This document shows, one piece after another, positions 26,101-38,811 of a stretch of DNA of 64,000 nucleotides (position 1 is the stretch's first letter; each line of letters begins with the position of its first letter). The stretch spans positions 155,933 to 219,932 of the forward strand of contig RDEW01000060.1 in the NCBI GenBank assembly GCA_011109175.1, written 5' to 3'. Source of the DNA: Dicyema japonicum (taxonomy: Eukaryota > Animalia > Dicyemida). The position numbers and the translations under genes are program-made. The notes under the pieces are model-generated. The model did no database searches and had not been told where the DNA came from. It saw nothing but the letters and a program-made list of their open reading frames with translations.

Positions 26101-26249
26101 TCAACCACCCGAGGATTATTTTATTTAAAATATTTAAAATTAAAAATAAGTACATATTTTTTAATATAACGCAAAGAATAACAAACTTCCTTTATAAAAT
26201 GAATTTTTTAAAAATGTGGCAATCAGTGAATTTACTATATATTTGAATC

Positions 26250-26780
26250 CTTTTCCGGCCAATCATTTATAACCCATTTGTACGACTGATCGTCGTCAGT
26301 TTAACCTGGAACCTATACCACCTCTTAATAAAACTTTTCTTCCTGCCAGCGCTCCTCCTGCAGGCGTGAGGGTGCAGGCCATAGCAGTCTATCAGGATGC
26401 CACATCGGCACGGGTGAGGTACACATACTTTTAGTCCCAGCCGCAGAGAGATACCAGTTCTAACGCATTCATCATCCAGAAAAGTGCCCAAAGCTCCATT
26501 GGGGATGGCGTTTAGCCAAGCTCCGCTCTCAGGGGAAGCCCTCGAAAGCAAACAAGCGCGTCGGTGCTGATTGGCAGATTCTAGTAGGAGTCAAAATGAT
26601 TTCCAGCATAATAAGTTGTCCAGGTTTCGCTGGCAATCTTGGGAAGGAGGCAAGGGGAGGTTGGTGGCATTCCAGGCTTCTCGTGCGTGGATTATCTCTT
26701 GGTCAGTTGAGAATTTGGGTGGGGAGTGTAGAATCCCTATCACCATCCCTTTTAACTTATTCTTGCAAAATATTCCAATT
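26250..26780 (-). mobile_element. CRE-clade retrotransposon fragment
   Basis: SPESGAWLNAIPNGALGTFLD...LRLGLKVCVPHPCRCG...GLHPHAC; close nucleotide match to 18760-18870. Confidence 0.85.
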
Positions 26781-26799
26781 GATTCGGACGAAAATTAGA

Positions 26800-27553
26800 T
26801 AACTCTTGCTTGTGCCAATGACATAATATATGGTTGCAAGGATGTGTTACGACAGCTACGAAGAATTTGCAAACTACTCTGGACAGACATCATGAATGGC
26901 TGAAAAATTCAATTTCAAAGTCTAGGAAAGTCTTCGACCTCTTTTTTATATCGAATATTTGAGTAAATGACTTTGACTATTTTGTGAACCCTAGCACTGT
27001 CATTTTTGTCGGCAATTCTAGTGATGGTACTGTTCTGTCCACGTGGGACCAGTTGATGCCTGAGAAGCCGTACAAACACGTTGACTTATAAGTTATGTTC
27101 TTAGTTTTGAAGAATAATTATGGAATGTTCAACTGCGTAAATTAAGCCCCACAGCACCATTACTTGCTGGCAGCTCACAACTCTGATGGATTGTATATTT
27201 TGGACTCGAGGACACGGAAACAGCTTTCATTGGTGAGAATAGATGAAGGACACATCACGTGTGTTGCTATACACCAAAATGAGGACTACTTTGCAATTGG
27301 CTGCAGTCTGGACAATATTCGAGTTATTATTTGTGTTTAGTGGTAGATTTATAAAATGGCAGACTATAAGTTGGTGACCTCATTTAATGGAGTGCATTCT
27401 CGTAATTCCATTTTTAAACATCATATTGGAGTAACTGAAATTCAGTTTTGGCCTCCTGGCTTTCTTACTTCAAGTGGAATGGATGGGACAGTCAGATTCC
27501 ATGATATAGAAGTTTTGTCTAGTCTGCCTCATAAATTTTCCATTCATCAATAA
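26800..27553 (+). pseudogene. C-terminal WD40 fragment of a DMXL/Rabconnectin-3alpha-like gene, bounded on the 5' side by a CRE element
   Basis: DFDYFVNPSTVIFVGNSSDGTVLSTWDQLMP ... YILDSRTRKQ...HITCVAIHQNEDYFAIGCSLDNIR|IYKMADYKLVTSFNGVHSRNSIFKHHIGVTEIQFWPPGFLTSSGMDGTVRF resembles the DMXL C-terminus. There is a 24-nt intron at 27323-27346, and in-frame stops upstream. Confidence 0.65.
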
Positions 27554-27929
27554 ATTATTTCTAATATTTTATTTTAACAACAATTTTGATTTCATATTAT
27601 TTTTGTCACTTACTCGACTAATTTAATCCAGTCTCTCACCTCGGCTCGGTACTCCTCCCTGATCATAATCAAGCTCCTTGGAGTCGGGTTGTCTCCATGT
27701 CAATTTGGATTATTCTTTCTGAATAGGATCTCCAAGTTTGTTGGCGTCATGTTCTTTTTTTCCATAGACAATTTCTCTGTCATTATTTCCACTTTGTACA
27801 ATTCATTATTGTATACCATGTGCGTTGTGGTTAGTCCTGTGGTTGTCCTGTGTTAGTGTTGTCGGTTGTGAGTAAGATTCCTATACCTAACTATTTAGTC
27901 GAATGCTTCCTTTCTGTTTTTTACTTTCC

Positions 27930-28450
27930 TCATTAATTAAGAGTCGTCATGGGATCCACCTATCTCAGGAGACTCTCAATGCCTAGTCTGCATCCAAAAA
28001 AATCCCTAATCCAGTGGAGGAGTCTCTACGATGTCGAATATTGATGAAATTCCGACCGTGGGAGGTGGAATATACCTGCTACTATCCAAAATGTTCAGAC
28101 AATAAATGATAATTTATGCAGACGACGTTGTCTTTACCTCACGTGGTCTAAACATAATGTTTGTAAGATTACAATATCACCTAACCGTCGTAACGAAAGA
28201 AAGTCTAATCTTATTGAAAAGCCTCTCATGGTTATGGAACCCCGGAAACTATCCATTCCTGAATTATATGTATCAAGCGGTACTTTGAACCATCCATTAC
28301 CTATTCGTATGCTTCCTGGGGCCCATTCACCTTTTGAACCAATTCCAGAAAGATTGCGGCCGTACAAAAAATAGATTGACGGGAAAGTGGATTTCCGGAA
28401 GAAAAGTCAACGATTATTCTAAATGCAAACGAGATTGGTGGAAACATACC
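27930..28450 (+). mobile_element. Internally deleted LINE RT remnant
   Basis: IIYADDVVF; YFEPSITYSYASWGP. Confidence 0.6.
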
Positions 28451-29419
28451 ATTTACTAGCATTTTGTCGTATAGGCACTCAACCTCCTAATTTAACAATT
28501 CTGGGTTAATATTATCTGGTCCAGGGTTCCTAGTTGCGGCAGTCTATTTTGATTTCTTCAGGAGAATTAACCTCTAAAGGTCTTGGCATTCCATCAAATA
28601 GATGAAGTATTAACATTGAAAAGCTCTCGAAAGATCGGCTTGTTACTCTCAATATTAATTTTCCACTCCCATCTTTGATAACTAATGATTCTCTTCGGTT
28701 TGATTGTACATTTGTGAATTATCCTTTAGCATGATAACTTTATTTATCTCTGATAATAGAAAAAGCTTCTAGTTCAGTTTATTTATTTTTGCTCTGCCAT
28801 GATGTCTAACACCTTGAAAGGTTTTTTTTACTCATACTGACATCACTCCCAATTGATTTTCTCTAACGTACTTCATTATGTTCCTCTCAAATTTGAAACC
28901 TCTAAGTGAAACGGCATCAGGCACATCCTAGTCTTCCCTCTTGTGCCAAGATATTTTCAAACTGTTTCAATAATAATGCTCTTTGTATGGTACCAGAAAC
29001 TCTTAGTGAGACATTCGCCGATACAACCAGTAGATGAGTCAGAGTTTCTCGGTAGCTCTCTGTTATCTCTGGTTAATAAACAAGCTCAGTAATAACGATA
29101 ATAATAATGATAATAACGATTTATTAACAAAAGAGTTAAGGAGTTTTCTGGAGGGTACTCCACACCTGGACCCTTCCTCCTTTTTAAAATTTCTTGCTCA
29201 GTCATAAAATCATCTCTTATATTTTCAAGTTTGTTATTTTTAGTTAGGTTAGTTAAGTAACCCCCTCACTAACTTGTAGGAGGCCAGCAGCTATTAAATA
29301 GGACGCAGCATATGTTGGTCACTCCCATAGATCGGTCTGTCCCGGAATTGTAGACAACGTTGTGCTAATTCATGACATTCAAATAGGCATTTTGTTGTCA
29401 ACACGTAGAGGTTGCAACT

Positions 29420-32066
29420 GGTGTGAACTGCCTTCTTTCATTTCCACCGGTTGTCATGCAAACATCGATGTAGTCATTGTAGAAGCTAGTCATGTTCAAG
29501 AAGTGCCCTAATGATGTGCAGAAAAGAGCTCTGAGGCACGTGCTACTCTAGTTTGTGAATACGGAGACAAGTTTTTGTTAATTATCTCAACAGTCTATTT
29601 GCTTATTCCCGCCGTAGTAATTGACGTTTCCTTCACGATAACTATCAGGGTCAACTAACGATATGGCTTCTGAATATTTCACCAACTATTTGACTTCTAA
29701 CTTCTGAGTATTTCACTAACGATATGGCTTCTGAGTATTTCAGATTTTGTATGAAAGACACAGACTTGTCAGTCTAGCTTACTCAACAACTATATTTGAA
29801 CGTGTTTTAAATCCTGGCATTTAAATGTTTCCTTATTTCACAAAGTTCAATATATCCAATGTCTTCTGACTTTAAGAGAAGTGCGATAGGATACATTGAA
29901 TTTCAAAACATAAAGGCATTAAGTCTTAACCGTCCGAATTGTTATGATAACCACATTTATGGTTACGAAGAAAACTTGTATCCTTCGAATTTAATCAGGA
30001 AATCAAAATTAGTTTTGCTTTTAGATTTAATCAAGAAAACTTTATTTTTTCTTAAAATTTAATCTGGAAATTAGGATCGTCTAATATCCTTTTTTTTGTC
30101 GGTTAATCTGGAAATCATGATCATTAAGTACTTTTTTCTTCAGAGAATTGAATTACTGAATAAGAGCATTCAAAATCTATCTGTTTTTATTGGCTTTTAG
30201 CTTAATAAATATATCAATGATCCAAAAGGTCACCAAGGATCTGCGTGAGACTAACAACAACAATTTGATTAAGGAAAGAGTTAAGAGTTATTGAGAAGCA
30301 TTACATCTGAGTCCGATCTGAAAATTTGGACTCTACACCAGGACTCTCCTTCATTTAATTACTCTTTTAGTGTTATGTGCCTACTTATTTTATTTTATAT
30401 TAAAAAATTAAATAATTGTAAAAATGGAATTTATGGCAATTAAAATGAATTATGTCATTAAAATCAAAAAAGTGGCAAAAATTGTATCTATAACTTCATA
30501 AAAGGTAAAACATTAAAAAAATCTTTGTATAATTTTACTCATTAATAACAAAAATAATCTTTCCATTAAAATGGCATTTTATGGCAAAATATCATGACAT
30601 TTATAATTAGATAATTAAATTAAAATAACCAATTTTATTTAATTAATTTTGATTTTATTGAATAAATAAAATAAATAAATTACATAAATAATATACAACG
30701 AATTTTGTCGAGCAATGATACCTGGTGATTCGTTAGAGTATCAAAAAAAATTATAAAAGTATTAAGTAATTTTAATTAATAGAAGTTCAACAGGATAACA
30801 AGGTAACAAAAATAATGAAATTAGAAGCCTCAAAATGTCCTAAAACCTACGATTCCAAAAGAATTCAAGTTTTCGGCTAGCAGGACAAAAAAATGTGAAA
30901 TTAAGAGCACCCAGCAGTTGGAAGAGGATGAGCTAAGGTATTGATTAAAGAAACGCTAAGGAAAACATTCAAAGCGAATCCTCTCAATAGAAAGATCCTT
31001 ACTACTCGATATATACCCCCCAAACCTGAATACAAACCCACTAAGCCAGTCGTTTCTGCACTAAAGGACAATACCAATCAAAAAATATTTAAGGCTCGGC
31101 CTGTTCCTAAATCTTTATATAAGGCTCAAGAACTTCCAAACATAACTCATCCGAAATCTACTCTTCCCAAATCCCCAAACGATGTGAAAAAATAGATCTA
31201 AAAATTACATTTTGTTTTCCATTATTTTTCTGTTATTTTGAATGTTTATTTGAATCATTTTGTTGTGGTATGTTTTGGGGAGTTTTCCTGGCCAGGAACC
31301 GGATCGTTTATAAAGGACTTACACTAAACGAAAAGAAATAAAATATGTTTGAGACCATTATCTGGTTCTCCCTTTTCTATTAGTTATCATAAATTTTTTA
31401 ATAAAATTGAATAATTTATTACGTAATCCAGCTGAGGTAATTGATTGCACAATATTGTTAAAATTAGACTTAAAAAAGTTTTTAAATGTAGAATTTTGAG
31501 ACCTTTTACAGACCGTTCCTGAAGAACGGAAATCCACTTCGTTTTAATTAAATACACTTAATTAGTTGTTTACTTTAACTTCTTTCTCGGTGTATCCGGG
31601 GTTAATAAATAAAATAAAATAAATTATGAATTTTTACTTTTTTTTAATTAATTAAAATTACTTTAAAAATAAATTTATTTGAATTAATTATCAAATAAAT
31701 TTTTGTTTTCTAGATTACGTGTGGTCGACTAGTTAACGGAAATATTCAAATCACATGCCTATTTTTCCTCTCTTATGTTAGCTAAGTTTGGTGAATGGAA
31801 AATGCCGCGATTTTAGTGGGAAAAGCAGCTTCTTATGTTAAGATCCGAGATTGCCGGAATGATGAATTCATTTCCAAGTTATTTGTTTATTTTACACAAG
31901 TATTGTCTTCCATTTGCATTCGGAGCTGTCGCCATTTTGAGACAGTTGAAGGACATGCGACCTGAAATGTCCATATTTTCAAGTTTTTGCTCACCAATTT
32001 GTGAAAATTATGAGGTATTTGTCGTGGGTATCAGACGATGAATCTTTGCTTGTCTTATTCCTCGAG
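29420..32066 (-). repeat. Right arm of large inverted repeat IR1
   Basis: Reverse complement of 8661-11378; carries an extra local duplication near 29680-29740. Confidence 0.93.
30715..31195 (+). CDS. TPX2-like microtubule-binding protein (short or partial), right-arm copy, three tiny introns
   Basis: Motifs KPTIPKEFKF, FKANPLNRKIL, FKARPVPKSL and TLPKSP resemble TPX2 repeats. Introns 30759-30782 (24 nt), 30803-30824 (22 nt) and 30938-30960 (23 nt) join the exons in frame. The first exon is one base out of frame at an A8 run, so the start is uncertain. Confidence 0.65.
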
Positions 32067-33006
32067 CTGATGTGGTCATAATTAGAAAAATGAGATCAAA
32101 TGTGCTGTTTCTATATGTAAGAGATCAAAATTATTGATCGAATACTATTGATGTCGACGAGAATACTACAGATGCTGAAAATGGAGCTGAATATGGAGAT
32201 GATGCTGAATATGGAGAGATTTATATATATGAATACTATTGATGCTGAATATGGAGAGATTTATATATATGAATACATAAATATTAATTAGAAATTAGCA
32301 TATTCGTTACCTTCACAATTCGAAAGGCATTCAATTTTTTTGTTCAGATTAATGTGGGTTTACTGTATTGACATTAGTGACAAAAATCGCCTTAATGATT
32401 ATCATGTGTGGGATCAAGGGAAGAGCATCGGGCAAAGTGATGTCTCTGAGAGAGCGTGCTAAGATTTACGAGGTTAGTTAGTTTGTGTTACCGTGGTCTT
32501 TTGTATTATTATTGATTAAGACAATGGGACAAAATTTAGAGCCAGGAAAGCAGCAATTTTGTGAAGAATTTAATATTCGACAAATACATGGAAGACCAAA
32601 TGATCCTCGTACACTAAAGATTATTTAACGTTTTAATCAAACAAAACACGAAAACTATCCGAAATGGTAGATAAGGATGAAAAAGTGGCTATTACGATTA
32701 TAACATTTCTGTTTACTCATTTTCTATTCATAAACCTTTTGAAATATATCATAGAATAATAGGAATAAATTTATTAATTTGCGGTCATAAATATTAAATT
32801 AGGTTCAGATAAATCAAGTAATGCTTTTATGACTCAGAGAAAATAGAAGAGTCAAAGAATTGTTCCAAATTAAGTATATAAATATTCCAAGCGGAAATAT
32901 TGACTGTAGCATGACTTAAAATAGTTAATTTAATAAACAATGTTCTTTGAACTTGATAAATTAATTGTTAAATATATTAAATAAGGAAAGAAATGAGAGT
33001 AATCGG

Positions 33007-33290
33007 TTAAATAGCGGGTGCCTTGACTGTGTGGCTATTTCCTATCAGGATGGCGAGCCAGATTCGCCCAAATAACCAGCAGCGCTCACGAGGGTCTTCT
33101 TTTCGTGCAGCAATCCGATTCCCAAGACGACTAAATAATTCCAGCGTCGCAGGCGCAAGGAATCCAGACGTCTCAACGGCGAGTGAAACAAACAAAAAAT
33201 CTTTGAGTAGGACCACGTACTTTTCTCGTTTCATCTTCTCGGCCTTCTCAGAGGCAAAACAGGCTCCAGAGGGCACTCTAGAGTAGGTTG
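33007..33290 (-). mobile_element. CRE-clade retrotransposon 3' end
   Basis: AEKMKREKYVVL...SLAVETSG...RLGNRI...WLFGRIWLAILIGN. Confidence 0.8.
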
Positions 33291-35003
33291 AAAAAAATTA
33301 TAGATTAAATTAGTAGACGATTCAAAGATAGGAAACCACAAACAATTTAACCAGTTTCCCATGCTTAGTGGTGGTCATGTGAGATAATACAAAGTATGAA
33401 ATTGTACTAATTTTATTCAGTCAATTTAAAAGAAGTATTAATGAACGATATTAAATCAAAAACGACATAAAATCAGAAAAGTCTTTAATCTGACTACAAT
33501 TGATATCGAGGAAATCCAATGTAACGTAGATCTTTTAGATGTTTTCACGTGCTTAATAAAAAGTGGTAAAAATACATTAACATCAAAACTATTCTACTGT
33601 TCAAATCAGACTAACCTTACCTCAATAAGCTCGGAAAAAATTTTTAAATTTTCTGCCAAAAATCCAAAATTCGACGATTTGCTTTATTTTACGTTTAAAT
33701 GTCAGTGCTTCCTTGAAAAATAAAATATCTTTGATTGTTTTCACTGTCGTTGAACGAAATAAAATGTTAGAATACCCCGTATTTAGAAGTTTGTATTCTG
33801 CACGGAATAATCAGAATGAAGATCGACTGCAAGCTTGTCTTGATCGTAAAATTTGCTGTTTTCTCTTATTTTTGATTATTGAATGTTATAGAAATTACGC
33901 ACCTCAACCTAATCTGAGTTTAAAACTTATTTATGTGAAATAAGCAACCTAATCACGACTCTATGGAATCAAGATATAAAGTCTAAAAACCAAGTTGTTT
34001 AGTTTAACCAGTTTAGTCTTCCATGTAGAAAATATTCATTAAGTGAGTTGTCCCATCGGGTTTTTTTAATCCGTATTAACTATCACGCAATTTCTGTCAA
34101 TAGTGGAAATTCAATCATAACAAATTCAAATCATACTTTGCCTTATACATATTCTACTATAGTTTGGGTTACTAATCTTTTTCGTGTTCTTTGTCAAAAA
34201 TATATTTTCTTGTATGACAACGAAATAATAAATAATAACTCAGCCCTTCCGTCTAGGAGTAATAATGTTTCCATTTCTCATCTCATTTTCGTAGTTTATT
34301 TAAGAGTAAAGAACAGTTATGGTACTTAATCCAAGACATCCAAAATGTTCTTAATTACTTGTTCTTTTCTTTATGCTTGCACGTGTGTCCCTGACATATA
34401 CTAGTTACACAATGTATATCACTGATGACGATGTTACTCTCCAATCCCAGAACGAATCGTAGATGCGTGGAACTAATAGACAGCAGCGAGATTTGAGATT
34501 TGCTTCAGCACCTACTACACGCGTAATTCGGCATGACAACAAACTCTAATTACGGTTGGTATTCTATAAACTCAAGGGATTTTCAGACATCAAAAACTGT
34601 TGTTGGTAATCAACAAAAATTTGATGGTAATAATAGCATTTTTACTGGAGTAGTAATGTTTATACTAGTAAATTTCCATTAGGTAGTTTCTCCAAGGTTA
34701 GCAGCTTCTGGTAAATAGATAAACACTGAGAAATCTGCAAAATAGATCTTTAGCTTCGGTAGAAGAAATGGCTCTACAGGTTGGGCCTATATTACTCTAT
34801 TTCTGTTGGGATAGTTTGCTATTCCTTGATAGAGTGGTAAGACATTAAATAACTAAAGTAGAACTGACATTGAGAACTTGAATATGTAATAACAACGAAG
34901 CAGTGCAATAGCCTTGGCGGTTTAAACATTGTGATTTTTGTCTCGTAGACATTTGTGAATCCTCGTAGACATGTATTACTGATTCGGTGTCGCTACTGTT
35001 CTT

Positions 35004-35200
35004 TTAGCTGCGTGCTAGTCCCAGTAAACAATTTAGTTCAAGTCTAACCGGGGGATTTAAAATGTCTATCCAACTGGAAGCATGTGAAATATTTCTAAAG
35101 AACTTAATGCCTTTCCAAAGAATACACTGCCTTGCAACGTCACGACCTTTATGAGTTCCACCTAGATCACCCTCAATTAGAGAAGACATAGCCTATTATG
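35004..35200 (-). mobile_element. Ty3/gypsy integrase zinc-binding domain remnant
   Basis: GTHKGRDVARQCILWKGI resembles HxGxxxxxxxARxxxxWxG. Confidence 0.55.
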
Positions 35201-36021
35201 ACATAATTAACAAGAGAAAATCAAAAGAGTAGGGGAACTTTAAAGATGTCTGAACAAGTGTCCAGTGGAAATATATGCAATCAATTGCAGAAGTCATAGC
35301 AAATGGCAAAGTAGACAAGTCAAACTATGGCGTTCTTAGGAGCAATAATTATAAGAGGTCTGGTTATAGTTTTTTTGTCGTCCACAATGACTTGAATAGC
35401 ACGAGAGTACCAATAAATTAAAAAATATAGAAAATTTAAATTATAAATTTTTAATATTTTAATTATTCATAAAGCATATAATAATTGTATAATTAATATA
35501 TAAAGAATGCACAAAAAATACTAAATATAAGCGAAACATACTAAAATCTTTAAAAACATACTACTTGAAACATACTAAAGGTTTGACGTCGGCAGATGAT
35601 CTTGAGCGATTAACAAAAACGCATTCAGGAGAGAGGGTGGCACAAGCGAGATAATTTTACTAATGTTGGTTTTGCGGTGTGCTAATTAATAATAATAATA
35701 AAATATTTTCTATCAAAATAAGACAATATCATAATTTAATAACGTATATTTGAAATACCATTGTGTATTTATCAAAACTAATTCTACAAAAATACTCAAA
35801 AATTTCTATTAATGTTGGACTTGACGGATTTGCTATTTGAAACATTTATTTAATTTTTGATAACGAGTTATGTTGCTAAGTGATCTTCAAGTAACGTTTG
35901 AATTATATTCCGCGATATCATTTTCCGCATTTTTCCTTTTTAGTGTCCATGGATCCAGCGAGAATATCCGTTCCATACATTTTGTCACTACATACTGGTT
36001 ACGTCATAATTGAAAGATTCA

Positions 36022-36148
36022 TGTTATGAAAATAAACACCTTGTCAGCAACTTAGAATTCCACTTCTATATATACACGTGTCAGGTATGCATGTCTCCTT
36101 GATTTATCAACTGTATTTTATTTATGCTTTCTTCTCAACACCTCCCTT
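36022..36148 (-). mobile_element. Candidate short 3' LTR (119 bp) with polypurine tract
   Basis: On the minus strand AAGGGAGG is followed directly by TGTTGAG...TATATATA...TAACA (TG...CA ends). Confidence 0.4.
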
Positions 36149-38811
36149 GTCAACAATGTAAAACGGCCTGATCGATTAAATATATTTTAAGTCTATAAAG
36201 CGGACATGCCTAATCGAATCCGTTTCTGTCATCATTATTAGTAATGATGACAATATCTCAATTTTAACTTCTTGATATGAAAATTATTTCATGAGTTTCG
36301 TAGAGAATGAGGCATTTTGGTCGATTTTTACTAACGCGAAGCTAGACGATGTAAAGGCAACATCCGGGTAGAAGAAAATAGTATTTCAGCTCATTTAACA
36401 TACTTTTGTTCTGAATTGTAACCTCGACTTTTTCCATCGACTGCATGTTCAAATGTTCTCGACAATCCTTTAACTTGATCCTTAAGGTTAATAAACTTGT
36501 TCGACTGTTGGGATATTTTCCATAATTGGGTGCCCCAGTAGAAGGTGATTCTAAAATAGATTGAAATAAAGTTAAGAATATATTAAAGTCCGATACGCAT
36601 GAGTTCCAAAAACATCTAGTTCTTTACTATGTTTCAAATTTTTCTGGCTTAAAAATCTATCAGATTCTTTTATTTTTCCATATACGTAACCTTAGGTTAA
36701 CTACCAGATGAATTGAGAGATTCGGCTATTTGATCTCATTTCTTAGATCCAGCTACGATCTTCATCGAAATTAAAGTAATCATTTATCCACGTTTAAGCA
36801 TTGGAAAATAAAATTAAGATTATTTTATGCTAGAAATTCCAATTCTAAAATTAGAAAAGGCTGTTAAGTAATTGGTAAGACTAAAATATGAGTTCCTGAA
36901 GTATGCTAGCTTCTCAGTGATGTGACGTTTATAGAGCTCCAAGGTTTTCAGACTTTCTTTTAAAAACAAAAGACTTGGAAATCATATCTCAGCAAGATCA
37001 GGAACGACCATGTTCTTCAGAGTTTTCTTAATGGTTAACGATTGTATATATCGAATGCAACAGTGATTAGCTAAGTCGAGAAAATAGTCACTTTATCAGA
37101 CAATAGTTAGCAAATTTATTGCAACATTAATGAGAATCGGAAAAATAAATCATTCCAAGCTAAGGCAGCACTTCCAAAGTGATTGCAAACTGTACCAGGT
37201 AAATCTTTAAAAATTAGCATTTTATCAGGCGACACATATCAAATTGTTGCAACTATATCTAGAAATCATATAATTTTTGGGTTAATTTATCAACACAATT
37301 GGATTTGTGATAAAACAGGTGTTGTTAACTTGTGGACAATTAATAAATTTTGCTACTTCTTTGGTTATTTTTATATTCAAATTTTTCATTAAGCAGTTTT
37401 ACATATTTCAATATATTAAATACGAATATCAACACTATCAAATTGTATTGGGAGACAGAGGCTATGACTATGATTCAGCCTTTATTCATCGGATAGTGAG
37501 TTAACTACGTCAATTCCTAAGAAATGTCACTATATTTTTACTAATCATTTAGTTACTAGAACTAATCCTCGGCAGTTTCCGCTATCTTGTTAAATAACTG
37601 ATTATTTGTTAGAAACAAGAGAAAATTATATAGACGGGGAAAATCATGAAGTATTAAATTGATTTTATTTATTTTAGGAAAATCCAGTTTCGAGTTGTTA
37701 TGGAGCCGTTTATACTTTGCTTACGAGCGGCGTTTCCACTATGGACGCTATGGAGACCAACTTGATAAACCATTGTGTTTCACAGTCATCTTGGCTTATG
37801 AGCGTAGCCATACGTCCCTGTTTATTGAGGAAGATTAGTGACTTGCTTATTGTTTCGGTTTCTTGAGAAAAGATTTAAAACAAGATGAACAATAAAGACG
37901 TTTTATTTTACCTTTAAAATAACTTAGACTCGGAAATATTATCTCAGCCCGCTCAGGAGTGCAAAGTGAAGACTGTACAAGGAAGAGCATATTTACTTTG
38001 CAGGCCAGAATGAAGACGTAGCTGCAGTCTTTTTAACTTCATAATTTAATTAATAGCCACTAAGACAATTAATACTCACAAAAGTGATTGGTTTTGGTAT
38101 CACTGTCCAAAGACTTCCCCCTTTATTAAGTATTAGAAAATGAGTGAAAACAAAAAAATGGAGTTTTAAATAAAGGAATAACATTTCCTTTGGTCGGATA
38201 TATTCCTCAGTCTTCTCAATAATTCTGAATGGATTTGTTTGTAATAGGTATTTCAATATTAGAATGTACAAAATTACAAATCGAATATTATTTCTCTGAG
38301 TTAAAGACAAACTAATCAATAAATAATTTCTAAATAATTAGGCAGTGAAAGAAATGAAGTTTTGAATAAACAATAGAAATTGTTCAAGTATTTTGAAAGA
38401 GTGTTGAAAAAAATAATGATTTCTGTATTTTATCCAACAATAGAGATTATGTGTTGAATAATTTCAAAAATAACAAATATAGGTATTTGAATGTTGAAAC
38501 GAATCCTCTGAAATTATTAATGTGAGAGTTATTATGAAGGGAATTATTTCCAATTTGTTTTTTTTTAAATCAAGTCATTAATCATTTTTTTTTTCTTCAA
38601 AAAAAGCGGGGACTACGGGGTCGAGAGAAACCTAGGATTTCTCGGATGTTGTCTGTCACTCAATGCCTCCATTATTATGCTAAAAGAAGTGAGTGGAAGC
38701 AAAAAATGAATTTAAAAAAACAAAAGATTTCCAAAATCTGACATAATAAACAGTTGCACCAATCAATAAATGGTTATAAACATTCTTCTGAATATAACAG
38801 TATATGTTGGA

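Noticed and set aside
37680-37900. Heme oxygenase-like peptide (FELLWSRLYFAY...LAYCFG)
   Set aside because: The similarity is too weak, is interrupted by stops, and lacks the diagnostic GDLSGG motif.
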